64,000 nt of DNA. Source: Chloropicon primus (taxonomy: Eukaryota). The stretch's first letter is position 1, and each line of letters opens with the position of its first letter. The DNA lies in NCBI GenBank assembly GCA_023205875.1, contig CP060765.1:124001-188000 (forward strand), written 5' to 3'. The notes below the pieces were generated by a model. It did no database searches. It was not told the origin of the DNA and worked only from the letters and a program-made list of their open reading frames with translations. Position numbers and translations under genes: made by a program. Shown one piece after another: positions 1-9,698 of this stretch.

Positions 1-1165
1 TGTCGTTCACTCCTTCCAGCATGACGTACTCGATCAGCACGTGCCTGCCATGGCTTCCCTTGGTCCGGCCCTTTGGAAACAGCTCCTCCAGCGTTTCCAC
101 AACTTCCTTGAGGGAATACTAACGGCGAGAGCAAGGAGAGGCTCGGTCAGTGGATCGTGAAGAAAGGCCTCGCGTCGAGAGAGAGCGAGAGCGAGAGCGA
201 GAGCGAAGACGCACCTTGTTGTTTGTAGGCACGATCGATGACCTCGACTCCTCCGTTGTGGCGTGCAAAGACAGGGCGAGCTGGGCATCGGTCTCTTGGG
301 CGAACCTCCTCATTTCCGGCACCAGGCCGACAGTGCTCACCGTGATCTTTCTCTGAGAGAACTGGGTGTAGCCCTTGGACTCCGTGGTCAGGATTTTGAT
401 CGCCTTGAGCACCGCGTCCAGGTTGTGGAACGGTTCGCCCATCCCCATGAACACGATGTTAGTGACGGGGAGGTGGGTCCCCCTCTGCATTCTCTTCGCT
501 TGGACCACTTGCTCGACGATCTCCCCGGCGGTGAGGTTCGCTTGCAGGCCCATGAGTCCAGTGTAACAGAACTTGCACCCCATGGCGCAACCGACTTGCG
601 AAGAAACACAAACGGTGACCCTCGGCTTGCTTCCCTCCTTGTCGACGGGAATCAGAACCGTCTCTATATTCAGCCCATCCGCTTCCCTCTGGAAGATCAG
701 CTTCGTGGTTCCGTCAGACGCTGACCTCGAGTCCGTGAGAGTCATCCCTGCCCCTGGCTCGACCCTCTTCTCACCCACTTTGCTGAGAAACCTTTGGGAG
801 AAGCCCATGTCCTCTCCGTTCCCCTGGCCCTCGTCCTCCCACTCGGACTTGAGGTAAGCATCGCCGTAGAGGTGCGTCCACACGTGCCTAGCTCGCTTCC
901 TGGGCTCCTCCAGCTCCTTCTCGCAGTAATCCCCAAGCTCCTCGAGCGTGAAGTCTTTCAGGTACGTCGTACTCGTCGTACTCGTCGTCGTTGGATCCTC
1001 GTCCAGCAACGCTCGTGCTGCAGTGCTGCCACGGACACGATGACCAGCACGGAAGGACAACCTCGTGGAGGATATTGGCCTCTGAGGGAGTCCAGACCCC
1101 TCGTCCCTCGTTCGCCCCGACGTACCTTTCCACGACAACGTTGAACCCCTCAATGCCCTCGTCAT
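1..1165 (-). CDS. rlmN: Dual-specificity RNA methyltransferase RlmN-family radical SAM enzyme (3' end runs off the window)
   Basis: CVSSQVGCAMGCKFC (CxxxCxxC), MGMGEP and LALSLHA motifs. Exon 1165-215, GT-AG intron 214-119, then exon 118-1 continues in frame as YSLKEVV...IEYVMLEGVND. ATG at 1165 is inferred. Confidence 0.9.
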
Positions 1166-1383
1166 CTCGACGCTAGGAATCAATCAATCTTTGCTCCCAG
1201 ACGTCGTCAATCCTTTGGCGATGCGACTCGACCAAGGTACCAATGGAAAGATCGCGAGACGCACTTTCGCGTGGTACCCTTCCCTTCTCCTCTTCTTTGC
1301 CCCTCTCGCTTCCCTCCTGCGCCAAAGTCTTCGTCCTTTCTTGCTCGAGCAAGCGAGCGAGAAGGACAGACAAGTGGATAAGG

Positions 1384-1558
1384 ATGGCGTCGAGTGTGAG
1401 GCTGAGGTTTCGTTTCAGGTCGAGTGGATCACGTGGACGGGAAAGGGGAAGCGTTGAAGGGCGATGCGACTCGATACGTTGCTCATCGACGGCCAGCACG
1501 GGGACAAGCCTCGAGCAACTGGCGAGGATGACGACTCTTTCGGTCGATACGGTAAGCA

Positions 1559-1611
<53 letters not shown>

Positions 1612-2721
1612 ATCTCAACCTTGGAAGCAGCTTGAAGCTGAGTGTGTGTGAGAGAGAGAGAGAGGGGGGGGGTGGCAGTATCATTAACACCTGCTTCACC
1701 TGCTGCCTCACCTGCTGGTTCACTTGATTCGTCCCAGGGGGATCTCGAGACGGTGCGGAGGATGGTGGACACAGGATTGATCACGGATGCCACGACGAAC
1801 CCGTTGTTCGTGTCTCAGGCTGGTCAAAGTGGCAACCCTCTGTACCAGGAGATGGTGGATGAGGCGGTGAGGTACGCGGTGGAGGAGTGTTGGGATCCCG
1901 ACGACCCTCACGGCGGGAGGCTCGGCCTTGCAGTGGATCGGCTGGCTGTCAACCTGGGTGCTTCGATCGCGAGCATTGTTCCAGGGTACATCTCCACGGA
2001 AGTGAACATCAAGTACGCCTTTGATACGATGGCTATGCACACACAGGCGTGCAGGATACTGAGCATGTACAGCAACAAGGGCGTCCCGACGAGCCGGGTG
2101 TTGATTAAATTGCCGGGAACCTGGGAGGGCATCCAGGCCGCGCGCAAGCTCGAGGCCACTGGATTCAAGACGAACATCACCCTGGTTTTTGGGCTCGCCC
2201 AGGCCATTGCTGCGGCCCAGGCCGGGGCCCACCTGATCTCCCCGTTTCCCGGTCGGGTCCTCGAGTGGCACAAGGCCAACGACGGTTACCCGGAGAAAAT
2301 GCCGGTGGAGGACGACCCAGGGGTAGCAAGCGTGAAGCAGATGCATTGCTACTACAAGGCTTACGGGTACGAAACGATCTTGATGCCAGCGAGCTGGCGC
2401 TCGCCCACGGGGGAGGACCCCCTGGACGAGGTTCTCGCCCTCGCTGGAGTGGACAGGATGACGATTCCCCCGGCTCTCCTGGACGATTTGGCCGCGAGGG
2501 GCTCCATCCTGCCGAGGAGGCTGAGCCCCGAGCAGGGCAAGGCGGACTGCGAGATCGAAAAGTGGGACGAGCTGGGCGCGAACGAGTTCCGCTGGAAACT
2601 TTCCATGGACGGCGCCACGAACGACAAGCTCGCGGCTGGCATCCGGGCCTTCGCCAGCGACACCTACAAGCTCGAGGACATCCTGAGGAACCACAAGGAC
2701 ATGGACCTCGTCAACTTCTGA
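1384..2721 (+). CDS. TAL: Transaldolase, probably plastid-targeted
   Basis: Exon 1384-1551 (R/S-rich transit-like leader, then SLEQLARMTTLSVDT), intron 1552-1737, exon 1738-2721 (GDL.., DATTNP, STEV, LIKLPGTWEG with the Schiff-base Lys, ISPFPGR). Splicing restores the VDTGD motif. Confidence 0.9.
1560..1609. repeat. (CA)n microsatellite in the transaldolase intron
   Basis: About 25 consecutive CA units. Confidence 0.95.
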
Positions 2722-2929
2722 GGATTGGTGGCGATGATAACAATAAAACAAATGCAAACTTCAGACCCCATCCCTCACCCTCACCCTCGTTCTTGTCAAG
2801 TTAGGGCCTGTCCCTCACCCTCATCACCCTCATTGTCATTATTCTTATCGAGTGAGGGCTCTTTGGAAGCAGCAAGAGAGCGCGAGAGCAAGGGGAAGAC
2901 ACAATGAGCCGTGACAGCAGCAAGACAGT

Positions 2930-2996
2930 CATCCATCCATCCATCCATCCATCCATCCATCCATCCATCCATTCATTCATTCATTCATTCATTCAT
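2930..2996. repeat. Compound (CCAT)n/(CATT)n microsatellite
   Basis: Tetranucleotide tandem runs seen directly. Confidence 0.9.
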
Positions 2997-3148
2997 CGAT
3001 GTTATTGGCTCCGCCTCTGGATCATGACTTGACGAGCAAACTCTTTTTACACCTCATTTTGCTCCTTTCACACCGCATTTTTACCGCCCCGTTGAGCGCT
3101 TCAAAACGACAGAAACGACGGCGACGACGAGGAGGAGCCAAGAACATC

Positions 3149-3180
<32 letters not shown>

Positions 3181-3203
3181 GACGAGGACGAGGACGGAGG
3201 ACA

Positions 3204-4496
3204 ATGTTGGACACCTTGAGATCGCCTCCCAGCGGCATTGCAACTTCCAGGGTCAAGTACGCGACGAACAGGAACAACAACAACGACGTTTACGAGAACG
3301 AGAATGAGAACGTGCTTTGTCATGCCAAGACCAAGGCGAATGCCATGACGATGAACTCGACTGTGCCGTGTGTTTCCCTCAGGAGCAGGTTCGCATCAGA
3401 GTTCAAGTCGCCGCCGAGGTCACCACTGGGAGAGATCAAGGTAAGAGAACTCGTTGGTGTCATTTTGATTCATTTCATTTTGATTCACACGAATGGAGTT
3501 GCCGTGATGATGATTTTTGATCCAAGTGCTGACTTTCTTTGGCTTCTCTCGTTGCAGTTGAATGATCAGGAGGGAAGAACATCGAGACGCGAGACGCCAA
3601 TGCGTGGAACGCCGAAGAAGAATGGCATTGGCTCGCCTTTCGTGGACGGGACGCCCTCGAAGGCGAAGGAGGGTGGTGATACTCTTGCCAAGGCTTTCGA
3701 GTACGCGAAGGATTGCGCGATGTGGAACACTCCTGCCAAGAGCTGCCTTGCCTTCACGTCGGGATTCCTCGTGCTCCTGACCTGGCACTACGCGCAGACG
3801 GGCATCATCAGCTTCAGGCCCTCCGTGTCCGCGGCGTACTGCGGCCTCTCCATGCTCGCCGTGAACTTCTTTGGAGGCATCTTCATCAGGGGATACGATC
3901 CTAAGCCCGTGATGACGAGGGGTCAGGTGAAATCCTTCACCAAGACGCTCGAGAGCGCCCTCCTCTCGCTCGTCCCACGAGTGAACAGGGCCTTCAGCGG
4001 GTCGAGCGCGACCGCGACCCTTCAGATCGCGTTCTCCATGTGGACCCTGATCACCCTGAGCAAGTTCATGTCCCTGTCCCTCATCTGCTTGGTCGGCCAC
4101 TGCGCGGCCTTCACCCTGCCCCTGCTGTACAAGAGCTTCGAGGAGGACATCAGGAGGAACTTGGTCATCGGAAAGAAGCTCGCTTTGGGCATGTGGAATG
4201 GCATCCACTTGGACAGGAAGTACAAGCTGACGACGGTCGGCGCCGCGTTGGGCTACCTCTGGTTCCTGGTGGACGTCCACACCAAGATGGTGTCCCTCTT
4301 CCTGGCCGTGATCGCCTTCAAGTGCTTCCTTCTCCCGGACGAGGTCGAGACCATCACCAGCGTCGCGGCCCCCATGACAACCCGAGTCTCCAGGAAGGCC
4401 AGGAGAATTTCCATGGGCGCGAGTCAGATCATGAGGGACACCATGAGCCTCGCCCAGCTGGTGAGCCCGTCCAAGCCGAGCACGCCAAGCAACTAG
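3204..4496 (+). CDS. Reticulon-domain protein with an SP/TP-rich N-terminus
   Basis: CAMWNTPAKS start of the reticulon domain, two long hydrophobic hairpins and AFTLPLLY. A probable in-frame 117-bp intron lies at 3441-3557 (AAG|GTAAGA ... CTGAC ... TTGCAG). Confidence 0.7.
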   Translation: MLDTLRSPPSGIATSRVKYATNRNNNNDVYENENENVLCHAKTKANAMTMNSTVPCVSLRSRFASEFKSPPRSPLGEIKVRELVGVILIHFILIHTNGVAVMMIFDPSADFLWLLSLQLNDQEGRTSRRETPMRGTPKKNGIGSPFVDGTPSKAKEGGDTLAKAFEYAKDCAMWNTPAKSCLAFTSGFLVLLTWHYAQTGIISFRPSVSAAYCGLSMLAVNFFGGIFIRGYDPKPVMTRGQVKSFTKTLESALLSLVPRVNRAFSGSSATATLQIAFSMWTLITLSKFMSLSLICLVGHCAAFTLPLLYKSFEEDIRRNLVIGKKLALGMWNGIHLDRKYKLTTVGAALGYLWFLVDVHTKMVSLFLAVIAFKCFLLPDEVETITSVAAPMTTRVSRKARRISMGASQIMRDTMSLAQLVSPSKPSTPSN

Positions 4497-4600
4497 CTTG
4501 CTGACTGGCTGGGTGCGGCAGCGCCCGAGGAAGCAGCAACAACAACACTAGTAGCGCGAGGAGTTGCCAAGACCGTTTCATTCCATTCCATTCACCTCAT

Positions 4601-4605
4601 TGTAA
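4601..4605 (+). promoter_or_regulatory. TGTAA polyadenylation signal (green-algal type)
   Basis: About 105 bp after the reticulon stop. TGTAA also follows other + genes at 16369, 40486, 42365 and 62226. Confidence 0.55.
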
Positions 4606-5172
4606 TACCATTTTTGTACATTCATACACCCTCTCAAGACAAAGGAAAGCTGTGCCGAGTGACGGTGATGGGTTCGTTTCGTTTCGTTTCGCTTGGAAAG
4701 ACAATCCATCGTCCATCCTCATCAATCCTCTGTCTGCTCTGCTCTGTCTTTCTCCAGACTTTTCCTTCTCCTCCTCCCTTTTCTTATTCCAAACTGACAG
4801 CCAAACGAGACAGAAAGACAGAAAGACAGAAAGAGAGAGAGAGAGACAGGAAAAAAGAAACAAAAGAAACAAAAGAAACAAACACACACACACATCCTCC
4901 ACCATCATCATCACTCCTTTCCTCCTCCTCCTCCCCCTTGATCCCCCCCTCCCCTTTGGTCCTGTCCTCTCCAGAGTTTTCTTTTTTTATCTTATCCACT
5001 AAATCCACTGACGGCTGACGAGCAGAGCAGAGGGGCCAAACGCGGCGGAGCAGGAGGCGAGGAACACCAACACCAACACCAGAACCCGAGAGGAGTCAGG
5101 AGTCAGGAGTCAGGAGTCACTGCACTGACCTCCAGGAGGCAGGTCACCACCACCACGAGCACGAGGACGAGC

Positions 5173-8100
5173 ATGAGCATGAGTGTGAGCACGAACACGA
5201 GCACGAGCCTGGTGCCGGGTGGCATGAGGAGAGGGTTGCCGCAGAGAGCGAGGAGGACGAGGACGAGGGTGGTGGCGGCGGCGCATGGGAGTGGAGGAGG
5301 GAGCATCTTCGGTCCCGTGAGGGAGATGGACGGGACGGAGAAGACGCTTGCTTCCATGTCTCACGTCACGAGGCAGGCCGGTGCCGCGATGCTCGTGGCG
5401 GTTGGACTGGGTGCGGGTTACGCTCTCGGAGGGAAGGTGATGAAGGACAAGGTGGACGTGAAGCCGATCGCGAGCGTTGCTGGTGCGGCTGTGCTCGGAG
5501 GAGCGGGAGCTCTCGGGGTGAAGAAGCTTCAGGAGAAGACGATGGACGCGGCGGCAGCGGAGCTTCATAACATCTGCGCTGCAGCGGGGGACGACCCGGC
5601 GACTGGACTGAACGCCGGGGCCATCCGTGAGCTCGCTCCGCGTTACGGGTTGAGCAACCTGTCGGACCAGCTTGGTCTGGAGATGAAGCGCATCTACGAG
5701 GCGTACCTCGCTTCGGTGATCCCTTCGTCGGACGAGCCTTTGAGGGGCGACGAGCCGAGCAAGATATCCGCGTTCAAGGACGCCCTCGGGATTGATGACG
5801 CCGCTGCGGCGGAGTGCCACCTTGAGCTCGGCAACCGGTTCAAGAGGCAGAGGCTGGAGTCCGGCTCCAAGGAGGGGGGCCTTCAGGAGCTCAGAGGGTT
5901 TCAGAAGCTCGTGTTCGTCTCCGAGCAAGTGTTCGGGGAGAAGAAGGCCAAGTTCCTCCTTCCCTGGAAGAGGGTCTTCAACCTGACCGACGCCCAGCTC
6001 AACCTCGCGAAGAGGGACAACGCGAGCTCCCTGTACGACGCGAAACTCGCGGGCGCGGGGTCCTCGGACGACCTCTTGAATGACTCGGTCCTCGCGGGCT
6101 TGAGGACCACCCAGCTCCAGCTCGGCCTGGGCGACGAGGTCGCCGCCAAGAGCATGGAGAAGGTCCTGAGGCAGGAGGTGGAGAAGAAGCTGGACGGGGC
6201 GGTCGAGGTTCTCAACCAGCGTGTCCGCGCCAGGGACCTCTCCAAGGTCGTCGCGTTCTTGGACGAAATCGTGGGGCTGAACAACAGGGTGCTGAGCTTT
6301 GCAGGAAACGAGGACCTGGCCCGCGGCCTCGGCCAAGTCTCGCTGTATGGCGGCAAGTACGCCGCGGACACGGAGAGGGCCAACCTGAAGGAGCTCTACA
6401 AAGTTTTCATCGAGGAGAAGCTGACCGCGGAGGGCTGCATCTCGGGCCAGACCGTGGAAAACGCTGATACCTTGAAGCTCATCTTCGGAATGGGCAACAA
6501 GGAGGCGGCAACGGTCAAGCATGCCATCTCCAGCAAGGCCTACAGGAGAATGCTCGCCGCTGCTTACAGGGACGGGACCCTGGAGGCTCAGGAGAGCAAG
6601 GCTTCCTGGCTGCAGCAGCTCTGCGAGAAGATCAGCTTCGACGCGGAGGAGGCCATGGAAGTGAACCTCGAGCAGTACAGGATGAAGTTGGAGTCCTTGA
6701 TTGAGAAGGGGGGCGAGATCACTGATGACGACGAGGCCGAGTTGAGCAAAATTCAAAAGCTTTTGTGCATCCAGGGACCTCAGATCAGCAAGATGAACGA
6801 GGAGGTCAAGGGAAAGGCCTTCAACGTTACCCTGAACGACATTCTCACGGTGACCGCGGACGCCTTTGGGTCATCCGAAATCATGAGGCTGAGGAAGTCC
6901 ATGAACAACCTCAGATTGGAGAAGGAGCTCGCGCTGGAGCTGGCCTCCAGGAAGGCAAGGCAGCAGATGATGGCGATGGTGCAGAGGGTGCGCAGCCAGC
7001 GAGATCAGGTGGCGGCGGCCCAGGAGCTCAAGAAGATCGTGTTCTACTCAAACTTTGTTCTCACCCCCCTTGTGGAGGAAATCGACCCGGAGATTGCCGA
7101 GGCGAACAAGAAGAGGGCAGAGCAGGCAGAGCTGATGGAGATCATGGCAAAGGCTCAGGAGGAGGCCAAAAAGGAGGAGGAGGCCGAGCAAAAAGCAGCA
7201 GAAGCGAAGGCGGAGGGCGGGGAAGAAGAGTCTGATTCATCGGTCGCCGAGGTGTCTTCGTCGTCCGAGGAGACCACCCCCTCGACCTTGAAGAAAGCCA
7301 AGTCGGGTGATTCCAAGCAGAGCGCGAAGGAAAGGGGTCAGAAGGTCATCACACTCAAGGAGGAGATGGACGTCCGCGACAGGACGGATCTGTACAGGCA
7401 GTACCTCCTGTACTGCATGCAGGGCGAAGTCAGAAAGCTTGGAATGGGCTCCAGCATCGTTCTGGAGAGAGACGAGAGCGAGTTTGCTCGTCTGATTCAG
7501 CTGGGGGATGTGCTGGGCCTGACCGAAGTAGACACCATGCAAGTGCACCAGTCTCTAGCCGAGCAGGCGTTCAAGAACCAGGCGCAGCAGATGGTCTCGG
7601 GATCCACCTTGACGGAGGAGAAGAAGGAGGCGCTCAAGGACCTCCAAACCAAGCTTGGGCTGAACGACACGGTTGCCGACAGCGTCATCAAGGGTCTTGT
7701 GGACAAGAATGTTGTTGGAAACCTGCAAGCGTTGCACGCGCAGGGGCTGCTCACGGTGTCCAAGCTGAGAGAAATGAAGGCGTCCGGGATCGACATCGAC
7801 TCGGTGATGAAGAAGGAAGCGAGGGAGACCCTCTATAAGAAGGAGGTCGAGAAGATGCTTTCCAACGGCCAGGGCGTCTTCGACGCTGAGGAAGTTCTCG
7901 TGTCCATCCCGAACGAGCTTGGCCTCGACCAGAAGACGGCCAAGCGGTTTGTCGATGCTTCTGTCAAGGGTAAGCTCAGGCTGCTCTTTGTGCAAGCGAT
8001 TTCCTTCTTGAGGCAAGGCAACGCGTCTGAGCTCACCTCGACGATGAACAACGTCATAGCCTGCTCCAAGGCCGTCCCTGAGGAGTCCGTATCGTGGAAG

Positions 8101-8286
8101 GACAAGGAGGAGCTCATGGACGTCTACGCGTACTTCTACAAGAACACCCAGGACGACGACAAGCTCAGCACCTTGCAGGGCATCCTCAGCCTCTCGGACG
8201 ATGAGGCGTCCTCCCTGAAGGAGCTCGTCGACAGCGGAAAGTTCACCTTTGAGCAGAAGAACGAGGAGAACATGACCATTTTCTGA
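5173..8286 (+). CDS. TIC110: Chloroplast inner envelope translocon subunit Tic110
   Basis: 1037 aa with a transit peptide and two N-terminal hydrophobic segments. Carries FQKLVFVSEQVFG..FLLPWKRVF and DLYRQYLLYC...EFARLIQLGDVLGL, typical of Tic110. Confidence 0.92.
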   Translation: MSMSVSTNTSTSLVPGGMRRGLPQRARRTRTRVVAAAHGSGGGSIFGPVREMDGTEKTLASMSHVTRQAGAAMLVAVGLGAGYALGGKVMKDKVDVKPIASVAGAAVLGGAGALGVKKLQEKTMDAAAAELHNICAAAGDDPATGLNAGAIRELAPRYGLSNLSDQLGLEMKRIYEAYLASVIPSSDEPLRGDEPSKISAFKDALGIDDAAAAECHLELGNRFKRQRLESGSKEGGLQELRGFQKLVFVSEQVFGEKKAKFLLPWKRVFNLTDAQLNLAKRDNASSLYDAKLAGAGSSDDLLNDSVLAGLRTTQLQLGLGDEVAAKSMEKVLRQEVEKKLDGAVEVLNQRVRARDLSKVVAFLDEIVGLNNRVLSFAGNEDLARGLGQVSLYGGKYAADTERANLKELYKVFIEEKLTAEGCISGQTVENADTLKLIFGMGNKEAATVKHAISSKAYRRMLAAAYRDGTLEAQESKASWLQQLCEKISFDAEEAMEVNLEQYRMKLESLIEKGGEITDDDEAELSKIQKLLCIQGPQISKMNEEVKGKAFNVTLNDILTVTADAFGSSEIMRLRKSMNNLRLEKELALELASRKARQQMMAMVQRVRSQRDQVAAAQELKKIVFYSNFVLTPLVEEIDPEIAEANKKRAEQAELMEIMAKAQEEAKKEEEAEQKAAEAKAEGGEEESDSSVAEVSSSSEETTPSTLKKAKSGDSKQSAKERGQKVITLKEEMDVRDRTDLYRQYLLYCMQGEVRKLGMGSSIVLERDESEFARLIQLGDVLGLTEVDTMQVHQSLAEQAFKNQAQQMVSGSTLTEEKKEALKDLQTKLGLNDTVADSVIKGLVDKNVVGNLQALHAQGLLTVSKLREMKASGIDIDSVMKKEARETLYKKEVEKMLSNGQGVFDAEEVLVSIPNELGLDQKTAKRFVDASVKGKLRLLFVQAISFLRQGNASELTSTMNNVIACSKAVPEESVSWKDKEELMDVYAYFYKNTQDDDKLSTLQGILSLSDDEASSLKELVDSGKFTFEQKNEENMTIF

Positions 8287-8381
8287 ACGAACAATGCAAA
8301 GGAAGAAAAAAAACATTGCAATACACACACAAACAACGAGTTTTTACAACAACTCCACCCAATCCTGGTTCTCTCCGCTGT

Positions 8382-9113
8382 TCACTCTGGACCTCGTTCG
8401 GCCTTTCGGGCCTCCTCGTTCTCCATTGCGATCCTGTCGAAGATGTCTTCCATCCTGGACTCCTCCTCCGTGAGGTAGTCCGACACGAAGACGATGCTCG
8501 GGGCCCTCCGGTACGGCAGCGACCGCGCGAGCCTCCTCCTTAGGAACCCCGCGCTCTTCCCCAGCGCCGCCTCCGCCCTGTCCTCGCACCCCTCCCCGGC
8601 GGACCACCGGATGTAAGCCGAGCTCCCATCAGGCGACACCCTTATGTCCTGAAAGTTTATCCCAAGCTCATCGAACAAAAGGTCGTACAACCTCCCATCC
8701 TTCTCGATAATATCAAACAAAGCCTGAAGGACACGAGCTCCCTTCTTCCTCTGCTGTATCGTCGTCGGATAAACCGCTTCCACCTTTTCCGTATACATCG
8801 CGTCACAATCCGAACGCAGCCTCCTTGACCCCTTCCCCCCACCATCCTCCCCCTCCATCCCCTCCTCCTCCTCCTCCTCCTCCTCCATCCCCCTCCCTCC
8901 CTCTCCCATCACCATCCTCTGCTGCCACCTCTCTGCTCCCATTCCAAACGGAATGCGAACAACCTCAAGCCGAGGCGGCGGACAAAACGATTCCAAACGA
9001 TTCATCGACTCGATCACTCCCTCCTCCATCGCGATGAGCCCTCCTCCTCGTCCTCCGCTGCGGCACAACCTCCTCACTCCTCCTCTCATCCACCGAGCCA
9101 ACGCCATGGCCAT
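8382..9113 (-). CDS. rbfA: Ribosome-binding factor A (RbfA) domain protein, organellar
   Basis: DIRVSPDGSSAYIRW ... ALGKSAGFLRRRLARSLPYRRAPSIVFVSD matches the RbfA fold. The Arg-rich N-terminus resembles a targeting peptide. Confidence 0.75.
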   Translation of the reverse strand: MAMALARWMRGGVRRLCRSGGRGGGLIAMEEGVIESMNRLESFCPPPRLEVVRIPFGMGAERWQQRMVMGEGGRGMEEEEEEEEGMEGEDGGGKGSRRLRSDCDAMYTEKVEAVYPTTIQQRKKGARVLQALFDIIEKDGRLYDLLFDELGINFQDIRVSPDGSSAYIRWSAGEGCEDRAEAALGKSAGFLRRRLARSLPYRRAPSIVFVSDYLTEEESRMEDIFDRIAMENEEARKAERGPE

Positions 9114-9698
9114 CTTGGAATGAACGAACTTCGTGATGAGTGAAGCAAATGCCTCGTCCGAGGGATCGATTTAAAGCTCGCGAGATGTAGCTTCGATTGC
9201 AACACCGTCCTCGCCTCTCGCCCTCCTCGTCGTCGTCGAAACAAGCCCGCGTCGCGCGTCGCGTCGTCAAGCTCCCTCCTCCGTCGCCTTCAACAAACGA
9301 CAGATCGATCGCGATCGATAAGAGGAGGGAGGGACTTTGGCTGCGTTCGTGATCGATCGTAGGCGACGAGGGCGGAGGTTGAGGAAGCGGAAAGGTGTAC
9401 CGATCGATCTGTCATGCTCCGCTGCTTCGATCGATCCTTCGCTTGAGACGAGTGGACGCATATTGAAGGTTTTTTTAGGATCATTTTGGAAGCAGCAGAG
9501 GAGGGTGAGAGTGAGGTGAGCTCTTCGCGTTGCGTTGCGTTGCCTTGGACGGGGAGGGAGGGCAAGGGGAGGGGAGGGGCAAAAACGGAACCGTCTCGTC
9601 TTTCTCTTTCGTTCGAGCCGTCTCTTGAAGCGAACGGTGGACGGTGGACTGATCAGATCGTATCCATTGTTTTGATTGTTTTTGGGGGCCACCAGGGG

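Noticed and set aside
5110..6756. Long antisense or alternate-frame ORFs (also 19392-21413, 21728-22999, 23952-25310, 43021-44650, 58843-60231)
   Set aside because: They overlap well-supported genes and are explained by high GC3.
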